Made by a program: the position numbers and the translations under genes. This document shows positions 10,789 to 18,921 of a stretch of DNA of 64,000 bases, piece by piece (positions within the stretch are counted from its first letter, which is position 1; every line of letters begins with the position of its first letter). The stretch is from an uncultured Roseburia sp. Its GTDB lineage: Bacteria; Bacillota; Clostridia; Lachnospirales; Lachnospiraceae. The stretch lies in NCBI GenBank assembly GCA_947089765.1, contig CAMULM010000001.1:139756-203755 (forward strand). The letters are read 5' to 3'. A model generated the notes under the pieces. The model had not been told where the DNA came from. It searched no databases and saw only the letters and a program-made list of their open reading frames with translations.

Positions 10789-10816
10789 AAAGGGCTGTAA
10801 AATACAGCCCTTTTTT
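10789..10816. terminator. Bidirectional hairpin terminator
   Basis: aaaaagggctgt-aaaat-acagccctttttt. Lies between the + strand gene ending at 10785 and the minus-strand MCP remnant ending at 10826. Confidence 0.6.
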
Positions 10817-10825
10817 ATCAAATTT

Positions 10826-10987
10826 AACTAATCCGGAATCGGCTGATCAAGCTGTTAAGCGTGCGCGCCTGCGCAGAAAGCTCTTTGAAAACTTCAGCGC
10901 TTTCTTTTGCAGATGCAGTATTTGTCTGCGCGACTTCGGAATTTTGAAGAAGTTCATGGACTTCAGAAGCTAAGGCAAACGCAGCCA
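10826..10987 (-). pseudogene. Remnant of a methyl-accepting chemotaxis protein C-terminus (truncated, about 55 codons)
   Basis: Minus-strand translation MAAFALASEVHELLQNSEVAQTNTASAKESAEVFKELSAQARTLNSLISRFRIS* parallels the C-terminus of the intact MCP at 8220-9926 ([38 protein letters not shown]). The frame stays open upstream, but the upstream sequence is not MCP-like. Confidence 0.5.
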
Positions 10988-11284
10988 TATATTCCTCGGC
11001 AGTGGAAGTATAGATTTTTGGAGATAAACGCTTTCTCTGTGGAGAAATTAGTTGAAATATTTCACTGAATTAGCGGGATAAGCATGTGAACAAATTCCTA
11101 ACGTTTGCTTGTGAAAGCAGAAAGAAAGCATCTACTCACACTCGATTATTAATATAGAGCAGGATTTCTTTTGTGTCTAATATTCTTGCTGAATGTAAGC
11201 GGATTATAAGCAGGAAAATCAGGGGAGAGGGAACGTTTGTTTTGCTGTTTGGCAATGTTCTTTTTAGAAATATATTGGATAAGA

Positions 11285-11312
11285 CATATCAGGGAATGTT
11301 CCCGCATACATT
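11285..11312 (+). promoter_or_regulatory. Candidate sigma-E-type sporulation promoter for spoIIID
   Basis: cATATc -14 nt- CATACATT matches the Bacillus/Clostridium sigma-E consensus (ATATT -14- CATACA-T). It is positioned about 30 nt upstream of the spoIIID start. Confidence 0.45.
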
Positions 11313-11341
11313 GTAAAAATAAGTATCTCAGGGGAATTTTT

Positions 11342-11596
11342 TTGAAAAGCTATATTGAGGAAAGAGCTATGGAGATAGCCAAATATATTATTGAGAACAA
11401 TGCGACAGTAAGGCAGACGGCGAACCAATTTGGGATAAGTAAAAGCACGGTACATAAAGACGTCACGGAACGCCTCCCGCAAATCAACCCGTCTCTAGCC
11501 CAAAATGCCAGAAAAGTCCTTGATGTAAATAAGTCGGAGCGTCATATCCGTGGCGGATTAGCGACGAGGGAAAAATATCTGCATCAGCGCATTTAG
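11342..11596 (+). CDS. spoIIID: Stage III sporulation protein D (SpoIIID), small HTH transcription factor
   Basis: LKSYIEERAMEIAKYIIENNATVRQTANQFGISKSTVHKDVTERLPQINP...ERHIRGG aligns along its length with B. subtilis SpoIIID (MHDYIKERTIKIGKYIVE...KSTVHKDLTERLPEINP). TTG start with an agggga RBS; the 11237 ATG would add a non-homologous N-terminus. Confidence 0.85.
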   Translation: MKSYIEERAMEIAKYIIENNATVRQTANQFGISKSTVHKDVTERLPQINPSLAQNARKVLDVNKSERHIRGGLATREKYLHQRI

Positions 11597-11597
11597 T

Positions 11598-11637
11598 GTC
11601 ATACAGCCGATAGAATTGCTTCTATCGGCTGTATGAC
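11598..11637 (+). terminator. 16-bp perfect-stem hairpin terminator after spoIIID
   Basis: gtcatacagccgatag-aattgctt-ctatcggctgtatgac. Confidence 0.55.
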
Positions 11638-11711
11638 AGAAAGGAAAAAAATGTAATGTTGTACGAAAGACGCCGAATGTGTTAAGATAAAAAAGAAAGA
11701 AGGCGTAAGAA

Positions 11712-13064
11712 ATGGAAGAAACAGAGAGCAGGCAATATCAAAAAATGACGGAAACGCCTATTTGGAAGCTTGCGCTGCGGCTTGGCCTGCCGACAACGGT
11801 AAGTATGCTAATTACAAATATCTATAATATGGCAGATACATTTTATGTCAGTAAAATCAGCGTTTCTGCCAGTGGGGCGACGGGAATTGTCTTTGCGTTA
11901 ATGGCTGTGTTACAGGCGTTTGGATTTATGTTTGGCCATGGGGCGGGGAGCAATATCAGCCGTCTGCTTGGCGCGAAAAAAATCGAACGCGCGAAAGTGT
12001 TTACATCCACAAGCGTATTTTTGTCTTTTGCCGCCGGCTTACTGATTGGCGTATTGGGTCTGTTGTTTCCGGATGCGCTTATGCGTATGCTTGGCAGTAC
12101 GGACACCATACTTTCGGACGCAAAAATGTATGGGATATTTATTTTAATATCTGCTCCTGCATTGACGGTTGGATGCGCTTTGAATAACATTTTACGATAT
12201 GAAGGGGAAGCCGCATATGCAATGGCGGGACTTTGCGCAGGCGGGATTTTAAATATGCTTTTAGATCCGGTGTTGATTTTCCAATGCCAGATGGGAATTG
12301 CCGGAGCAGGATTATCGACGGCAGTTTCGCAATATCTGAGCACGGCAATCCTGTTTCTTCCATTTATCCGGAAAAAAACAGTAACGGAGATTCGGTTCCG
12401 TTTTATGTCAAAAGAGCGTGAGGATATTCAAAACATAATTCTTACCGGACTTCCAAGCCTTGCAAGACAGGGCTTAAACAGTGTGTCCACAGCAGTTCTT
12501 AATTTACAGGCGGCAATGTTTGGCGACGCCGCGGTTGCCGCAATGAGCATTGTAGGCAGGTGCGGCAACCTATTGTTTAGTTTTGCGCTTGGGATTGCGC
12601 AGGGCTTCCAGCCGATTTGCGCGTTTAATTATGGGGCGGGCAAACATGACAGGGTGAAAAAATCGGCTTTATTTACCATCTTGTTTGGAATGGGCGTTAT
12701 GGGCGCGCTTTGCGCCGTCTGTGATTTATTTGCGGTGGAAATCATACGGTTGTTCCGGGAAGAAGAAAGTGTGGGAAAGGTTGGCGCCGATGCATTTCAT
12801 TGGATGTGCCGCACTCTGTATTTTCTTCCGATTTCCGCAGTCGGAAGTATGCTGTTTCAGAGCATAGGCAAAAAAGGACGATCATTTTTCATTGCGGCGC
12901 TGCAAAGCGGATGCATTTCTATTCCATGTATGCTGATATTGCCAAACTTATTTGGAATTGCCGGTATCCAAATGGCGCAGCCGTGCGCATACCTGATTGC
13001 AGGGGCGCTTACAATACCTGTTCTTTTGCTGTTTTTTAAACAGGAAAATAAAAAAATTACATAA
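11712..13064 (+). CDS. MATE/MOP-superfamily transporter (multidrug/oligosaccharidyl-lipid exporter type), 12 TM
   Basis: 450 aa, polytopic. The N-terminal repeat-unit signature (ITNIYNMADTFYVSKISVSASGATGIVFALMAVLQAF) is typical of the MATE / polysaccharide-exporter fold. Confidence 0.7.
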   Translation: MEETESRQYQKMTETPIWKLALRLGLPTTVSMLITNIYNMADTFYVSKISVSASGATGIVFALMAVLQAFGFMFGHGAGSNISRLLGAKKIERAKVFTSTSVFLSFAAGLLIGVLGLLFPDALMRMLGSTDTILSDAKMYGIFILISAPALTVGCALNNILRYEGEAAYAMAGLCAGGILNMLLDPVLIFQCQMGIAGAGLSTAVSQYLSTAILFLPFIRKKTVTEIRFRFMSKEREDIQNIILTGLPSLARQGLNSVSTAVLNLQAAMFGDAAVAAMSIVGRCGNLLFSFALGIAQGFQPICAFNYGAGKHDRVKKSALFTILFGMGVMGALCAVCDLFAVEIIRLFREEESVGKVGADAFHWMCRTLYFLPISAVGSMLFQSIGKKGRSFFIAALQSGCISIPCMLILPNLFGIAGIQMAQPCAYLIAGALTIPVLLLFFKQENKKIT

Positions 13065-13127
13065 TTTTAAAGGGAAAAGGGCACGATAAAGCCGTAATCA
13101 TTATTTTAAATGTGGAGGCTTTTCGTG

Positions 13128-14522
13128 ATGGAGAACACAGATAAAAGACCGTTTGGTTTTCGGGATAAACTCGGATATATGTTTGGGGATTTTGGAAATG
13201 ATTTTACATTCATTTTTGCAAGTACGTTTTTAATGGTTTTTTATACAAAAGTATTAGGCATAGAAGCATCTATGGTCGGCGTATTGTTTTTAGTGGCAAG
13301 GTGTGTCGACGCATTCACGGATATCGGCATGGGGCGTATTGCAGATGCATCTGGTGAAAATCCAAAAGGCAGGTTTAAAGTCTGGATTCTGCGTATGTGC
13401 GGTCCGGTTGCGATTTCAAGTTTTCTGATGTATCAAAGTTCGTTGGCGGATGCATCCATGGGCGTAAAAGTGACTTATATGTTTGTCACTTATCTGCTTT
13501 GGGGTTCGGTTTTTTATACCTCGATTAATATACCTTATGGTTCCATGGCATCCGTTATTTCGGAAAAATCCAAAGACAGGCAGTCGCTTTCTGTCTACCG
13601 ATCCTTGGGTTCGACCTTTGCCGCCGTGGCGATTAGCGTGATTGCGCCTTTGTTTATTTACCGTTTAGACAGCAAAGGGAACCAAGTTGTCGTTGGAGAA
13701 ATGTTTACGCTTGTATCCGGTATATTTTCCGTTTTAGCAGTTTTATGTTATTTGCTTTGTTATTTCCTTGTGACAGAACGCGTGTCGGTTGGAAAAAAAG
13801 CGGCGAAAGCGGCGCGGACTTCTGTGGCAAAAACGTTATTGCAGGTTTTTTCTAACCGCGCATTACTTGCCGTAATTTTAATTTCAATTCTGACGCTTTG
13901 CGCAACAATTATGAGCCAATCCATTAGCACATTTTTATTTGCGGATTATTTTAAAAACACGAAAGCGCTCTCTGTCAATAATTTTTTAGGGCTTCCGGCG
14001 GCTTTGATTCTGGCGGTTGTCTCAGGAAAACTTGTCGAGCGTTTTGGGAGAAAAGAATTAACGGCGGCAGGCTGTATTGTGGCTGCGGCGATCTTTTTTT
14101 TAGTTTACTTTTTAAAACTGACGAATGTATGGGCCTATATTGTTTTAAGTTTTATTGCGGGTGTGGGTGGAATGTATTTGTTTAACATGACGATCTGGGC
14201 GATGATAACGGACGTGATTGACGATCAGGAAGTGCAGACAATGCAAAGAGACGATGGAACGATCTACGGCGTATATTCGTTTGCAAGAAAAGTCGGACAG
14301 GCGCTGGCAGGCGGCTTGGGCGGATTTGCGCTGTCTGCGATTGGATATGATTCTTTAGCCGCCGCACAGACAGATCCTGTGCGTTGGGGAATTTACAGCC
14401 TTTCCACTTTGTTTCCGGCAGTGATTTATACGGCTGTGGCTCTTGTATTTCTCGTTTTGTATCCGCTGTCAAAAAAGCGTGTGGAAGAAAATACGAAAGA
14501 ATTGCAAAGAAGGCGGGCTTAA
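13128..14522 (+). CDS. MFS transporter, glycoside-pentoside-hexuronide (GPH):cation symporter family
   Basis: GGAGG RBS before the ATG at 13128. FGDFGNDFTF and GRIADASGENPKGRFKVW resemble MelB/GPH signature regions. 12 predicted TM. Confidence 0.7.
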   Translation: MENTDKRPFGFRDKLGYMFGDFGNDFTFIFASTFLMVFYTKVLGIEASMVGVLFLVARCVDAFTDIGMGRIADASGENPKGRFKVWILRMCGPVAISSFLMYQSSLADASMGVKVTYMFVTYLLWGSVFYTSINIPYGSMASVISEKSKDRQSLSVYRSLGSTFAAVAISVIAPLFIYRLDSKGNQVVVGEMFTLVSGIFSVLAVLCYLLCYFLVTERVSVGKKAAKAARTSVAKTLLQVFSNRALLAVILISILTLCATIMSQSISTFLFADYFKNTKALSVNNFLGLPAALILAVVSGKLVERFGRKELTAAGCIVAAAIFFLVYFLKLTNVWAYIVLSFIAGVGGMYLFNMTIWAMITDVIDDQEVQTMQRDDGTIYGVYSFARKVGQALAGGLGGFALSAIGYDSLAAAQTDPVRWGIYSLSTLFPAVIYTAVALVFLVLYPLSKKRVEENTKELQRRRA

Positions 14523-14609
14523 GTTCACTCGATCCCAAGCGCCAGATCATAATGGACATCGCCTTTTGGCAAATAAGTGGATAAAAGGGGCAAGCTATCT
14601 GCATTAAGC

Positions 14610-14640
14610 AAAACCGCAGGTATGCGCAACCCGCGGTTTT
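14610..14640. terminator. Bidirectional hairpin between convergent genes
   Basis: aaaaccgcagg...cccgcggtttt hairpin with flanking A/T runs. Confidence 0.45.
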
Positions 14641-14656
14641 ATAATGCTGCGTAACT

Positions 14657-15433
14657 TTAATCTGGATTTAAGATCTTTTCTAGTTCCCCTAACAGCCGGT
14701 CTTTTACCGGTGGTTTTAAAAAATAACCTGCCGGTTTTAGTTTTAAAACGGCTTCTATATTTGCCCGGTCATTGATGGAGGTCAGGAAAACAACGGGAAT
14801 GCTTTGTAAATCCTCGTCTGCCCGAATCATTTCCAAGGTCATTTTTCCATCACAGACAGGCATTTCATAATCCAGCAAAATCAGATCCGGCCGCTTCTTC
14901 CCAATGGAAGTCATCGCCTGCGCGCCTGAAATTGCCAGAGCGACTTCATAATATTCTTCTAACATTTTTTTCATCGTCCGAAGCTGCGCGCCGTTGTCGT
15001 CAACGACTAAAATTCTTTTTTTGCTGGAAACCTCTGTCCGTTCTTTGGCGGCTTCCTCTTGCGCGTCTTTTTCATTCATATGCAGTTTTCTGCATACGGC
15101 TTCCATAATTACGGAATGTTCTACCGGACGGATCAGATTTTCAAACTGATTTCCTTCATAGTATTTGAAGAACGTTTTGCTTTCTTCTTTTGTCCCAATC
15201 GTCAGGACCGGAGTATCCGAATATTCGTTGCTTAGTAAGAAAAAGATAGACGTGTCAATATCATATGCGCCAATCAGGCTGATTAATACGAGATCAGGAT
15301 TTACAATTTTTAACATTCCTTCCAAAACGCCGGCATTTTCAGAACAAATTTGCACATGGAAATATTTTGATAAAAATTGATTGGTTTCATTGACCACATT
15401 GTTTAATTTTCCGATTAATAAGATTTTTTTCAT
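14657..15433 (-). CDS. Tandem receiver protein: degenerate (pseudo-)REC domain followed by a canonical REC domain, no output domain
   Basis: The C-terminal half has RILVVDDNG...PDLILLDYEMP...KPAGYFLKP (canonical Asp pocket and phospho-Asp). The N-terminal half keeps the REC fold pattern but reads LLIGKLNN / LVLISLIG, lacking both acidic residues. Confidence 0.75.
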   Translation of the reverse strand: MKKILLIGKLNNVVNETNQFLSKYFHVQICSENAGVLEGMLKIVNPDLVLISLIGAYDIDTSIFFLLSNEYSDTPVLTIGTKEESKTFFKYYEGNQFENLIRPVEHSVIMEAVCRKLHMNEKDAQEEAAKERTEVSSKKRILVVDDNGAQLRTMKKMLEEYYEVALAISGAQAMTSIGKKRPDLILLDYEMPVCDGKMTLEMIRADEDLQSIPVVFLTSINDRANIEAVLKLKPAGYFLKPPVKDRLLGELEKILNPD

Positions 15434-15454
15434 GGCGTCCTCCTTTATAGCCTG

Positions 15455-18400
15455 TTACTTTTGCATCTGCCCGATGAGCAGATCTGCAAGGCGGTCTGCT
15501 TCGTCTGCGTCAAGATTTGTCACTGCTTCGGCAAGTGAGCGGATTGTCTGGCTTAGTTCTTCCGGGCATTCATACTCCCGCAATTCGCCCATCAGCTCAT
15601 CTGCGCGGTCAATGTCCATTTCCAGCATACTCTGCCGTATGAGTTCTGTTAGAGCCTGTAATACGGAATAGTCTTCCACTTCTTTTTTTGCCGTAGCGCC
15701 TATGCCAAATACTCCATGTAATTTTTGCCCATAACTGCGCCATTCTTCCAAAAAAGCGTCTGTCATAGACTGGATTACTTCTATTTTACCATCTCTTGCC
15801 GCAGATTCCAATAGTTTCGCAACACCGGAAAGCGGCATGATTCCAATTGTTGCCGCTAAACTTTTCATTGCATGGACTAAAATGCGGTATTGGTTTCGCT
15901 GTTCCGGTTCCCTGATCCGCTGGTATGCCTTTGCCAAATTGTCTGCCGCAAAATCAATTTGTCCATAAAACTCTTTGACTGTAAAAGCAAGCAGTTCTGG
16001 GTCTGGCAAATGCATCCATGCGTATTGCCAGTCTAAACCGTCGATGTCTGGGAGCGTTTCCAAAAAATCGGAAGGATTGTCTTGCTGTCGGGGTTGTAAA
16101 AATGCCGCATCCGGAGAGCTTTTCGCTTCTTGAACCAATTCTTCCGGCAGCATCCGCTTTATCATTACCTCTAGTTTTTCCGGAGCAATCGGTTTCGACA
16201 AAAAATCGTCAAATCCTTCTGCCAGATATTTTTCTTTTGCGCCTGAAACCGCATTGGCGGTCAATACAACAATAGGCGTATTTTTGCAAGGGGACTCCTT
16301 GCGTTCTTTCAAATGGTGGAGCGTTTCAATGCCGTCCATCTCCGGCATCATATGGTCAAGGAAAATCAAATCGTAGTGATTTTGGAACGCAAGCTCTAAA
16401 CAGGCCGCGCCGCCATCGGCGTCCGTCACTTGGATTTGCGTTTCTTTTAACAGACTCCGCAGGACTTTGCGGTTGACGGCATTGTCATCGACTACTAGTA
16501 TTTTCGCATCTGGAGCGCAGAATTTTGTATTATAATTGTAATTTTCTGCAATTTGGTGGACTCTGGATTCAAAATCCCCAATCGGCGTATCGTCAACGAT
16601 TTTCTGTTCCAGCTCAAAATAGAATTTCGAGCCTTTGCCATATTCGCTTTCCACCTGCAGCCGGCTGCCAAGCAGTTCTAAAAGCTGGATTGTAATATTT
16701 ATGCCAAGTCCGGTGCCTTCTATATTGCGGTTTCGGTCTTCTTCAATCCGTTCAAATTCTGCGGAAAGCTTGGGCAGATCCTCTTTTTTAATCCCAATTC
16801 CGGTGTCCTCTACTTCAAAAGTAAGCGCCGCTGTGTCCTTCTTCCTTTGGTATGAAATCCGAAGCCATACAGAGCCTTCATGCGTATATTTAACGGCATT
16901 AGTCAGGATATTCGTCAGAACCTGCCGGATACGCACGTCATCGCCAAATAGACGGGCAGGGATTTCGTGGCTGGCTTCCACTTCCACTTTGATGTTTTTC
17001 GCTTTTGCCCGCTGGATTGTCATATTTGCAAGGTCATGAATTAAGCTGCTTACGTCATATTCGACCGGAACAATTTCCATTTTGCCGGATTCTATTTTGG
17101 AAAAATCTAATATATCGTTTATCAGAGAAAGAAGCGTCTGGCCCGCCATATAAATGTCCATCGCGTATTCTTTAATCTGCGGTTCATTGGATTCCCGCAG
17201 AATCATTTCGTCCATGCCAAGAACGGCATTGATTGGCGTGCGGATTTCATGGGACATATGCGCCAGAAATTTTCCCTTCGCTTCATTTGCCGCTAAAGCT
17301 TCATGCCTCGCCGCATCCGCATCTTGTTTGGCAAGCGCCAACAGTGTGTTTTGATATTGCGCCGCTTTTACTTTTTCCTCTAAAAGAAGGGCTGTTTCTT
17401 CTGCCTTTGCGCGGTATTCTTTTGAAATCTGCAAGGTGTGCATAAGCGCCATCATAATGCAGAACACGACCATGCTGTACTGGCCGGCGGTATTGCCGCG
17501 GACCTGATCAAGCATCTGGTTTAATATTACATTGGCAATTCCGCCCGCCAAAAGCGCAAGCATAGACAAAATACAGAGTAAAGCCTGATAAGTTTTGTTT
17601 TTGTAATCGTACTGAATTAAGCTTACGATGGCGGTTATGCAGACAATGCCTAAAACGGCGGCGGAAATATTCATCATATTTTCCAGTCGCTGTATCCCCA
17701 AAAGCTGAAGCAGTATTTGTATGACGGTATGGAGGACTACAAACCAAAGAAGCGTGAAAAAACGGCGCGGAAACACCGTATGCAGGTTCCGTTCAAAATA
17801 GAGTGAAAGAAACAGAGGGATTAACAGGGTTAAATACTCCTGCATTTCATACGCTTCCTGTATATTATAAAATATGTTTAACGTGTCTGTGCCAATAAAA
17901 CAATAAATTCCGGCGGAAAGACAGGCAAGCCCTAAAAATAGTTCTCCGCGCGCCGGCTGTTTGGTATACAGCCGGATCAGGGCAAGCACAAATAGAATAA
18001 TCGACATAATGACAATTAAAATACAGCATCCAATATCGGCAATGCTGCTTCCGACAACTCCAATGACAACCATATCGCGTGATTCCACTTTGACGTTGTC
18101 TAGTGAAACTGCCATATTTGGAGAAAGAGGCGTAAGCGTAATTAAAATCTCCCCATCAATCAATATATTTGGAAGCTCTACGAAGTTTTCATTGTGTTCT
18201 GGCGTCTTTTTGGGCGTATAATTTTCCTGTTGGCTATTTTGAAAGATAACTTCTCCATTTACTATAATGGATATGTCAGCATTAGTATAAGAAAAGCTTA
18301 ATGTCTGCCTTGCATAGTCGAAAGGAACCGTATTTTGTAAGACAATGATGTCTCCGGCGCCTGCCATGCCGGTAAACGGCAAATCCACTTTCTGGCAGTT

Positions 18401-18643
18401 CTCGTCTGCCAATGTGGTTTTTGCCTGTTCTAAAATTTGGGCGAAACGCGTTGGAATGGCTGGGTCAATTCCGTCACAGTCCGGCAATGCCATCTTCCAG
18501 TTTTTATCAAAGGAAACTTCCAACTGATCCGGAAGTATAGTTGCGCTATCCTCGCTTTGAAATTGAAATAACGCAAGCACCATAAAGGCTAGCGTCAAAA
18601 AAACAGAGATTCCCGCTATTTTTCTTAAATGTAAATGTTTCAT
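15455..18643 (-). CDS. Hybrid sensor histidine kinase (extracytoplasmic sensor + 7TM, HisKA, HATPase_c, REC, C-terminal HPt)
   Basis: H-box MSHEIRTPINAVLGMDEMI. N/G boxes (NILTNAVKYT, EDTGIGI, GTGLGINI). REC block KILVVDDNAVNRKV...DLIFLDHMMPEMDG. HPt motif HAMKSLAATIG near the C-terminus. Confidence 0.85.
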   Translation of the reverse strand: MKHLHLRKIAGISVFLTLAFMVLALFQFQSEDSATILPDQLEVSFDKNWKMALPDCDGIDPAIPTRFAQILEQAKTTLADENCQKVDLPFTGMAGAGDIIVLQNTVPFDYARQTLSFSYTNADISIIVNGEVIFQNSQQENYTPKKTPEHNENFVELPNILIDGEILITLTPLSPNMAVSLDNVKVESRDMVVIGVVGSSIADIGCCILIVIMSIILFVLALIRLYTKQPARGELFLGLACLSAGIYCFIGTDTLNIFYNIQEAYEMQEYLTLLIPLFLSLYFERNLHTVFPRRFFTLLWFVVLHTVIQILLQLLGIQRLENMMNISAAVLGIVCITAIVSLIQYDYKNKTYQALLCILSMLALLAGGIANVILNQMLDQVRGNTAGQYSMVVFCIMMALMHTLQISKEYRAKAEETALLLEEKVKAAQYQNTLLALAKQDADAARHEALAANEAKGKFLAHMSHEIRTPINAVLGMDEMILRESNEPQIKEYAMDIYMAGQTLLSLINDILDFSKIESGKMEIVPVEYDVSSLIHDLANMTIQRAKAKNIKVEVEASHEIPARLFGDDVRIRQVLTNILTNAVKYTHEGSVWLRISYQRKKDTAALTFEVEDTGIGIKKEDLPKLSAEFERIEEDRNRNIEGTGLGINITIQLLELLGSRLQVESEYGKGSKFYFELEQKIVDDTPIGDFESRVHQIAENYNYNTKFCAPDAKILVVDDNAVNRKVLRSLLKETQIQVTDADGGAACLELAFQNHYDLIFLDHMMPEMDGIETLHHLKERKESPCKNTPIVVLTANAVSGAKEKYLAEGFDDFLSKPIAPEKLEVMIKRMLPEELVQEAKSSPDAAFLQPRQQDNPSDFLETLPDIDGLDWQYAWMHLPDPELLAFTVKEFYGQIDFAADNLAKAYQRIREPEQRNQYRILVHAMKSLAATIGIMPLSGVAKLLESAARDGKIEVIQSMTDAFLEEWRSYGQKLHGVFGIGATAKKEVEDYSVLQALTELIRQSMLEMDIDRADELMGELREYECPEELSQTIRSLAEAVTNLDADEADRLADLLIGQMQK

Positions 18644-18921
18644 TTTATTCTCCGACTTGTTTTGTAAAGATTGTTCCTATGATATGTACTAAGCTGTGGT
18701 TTCCAATAAGGTCATTTCTTTTATCTTAGCGCAAGATTTATAAAACGTAAATGAATTTTGAGAATTTCAAAAGCCGCGTCCGCGCCGCAAAAGGATTTAC
18801 AGGGGGCTAAAAAAGAAAGAGATAGATTTTCAAAATTGATTTCTACTATTTTATGTGATAAACTAATTGCGGAAATTGCATAAAATAATATTGTTAGAAG
18901 CTTATTTTAAGAGGGTTACAC

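Noticed and set aside
16018-18527. Multiple 60-135-aa + strand ORFs inside the hybrid kinase gene (similar antisense ORFs occur inside addA, the M60 peptidase and the LRR gene)
   Set aside because: Antisense or out-of-frame ORFs embedded in long, well-supported genes with recognisable domain content. None has an RBS, and they have low-complexity Ser/Arg-rich composition typical of antisense reading.
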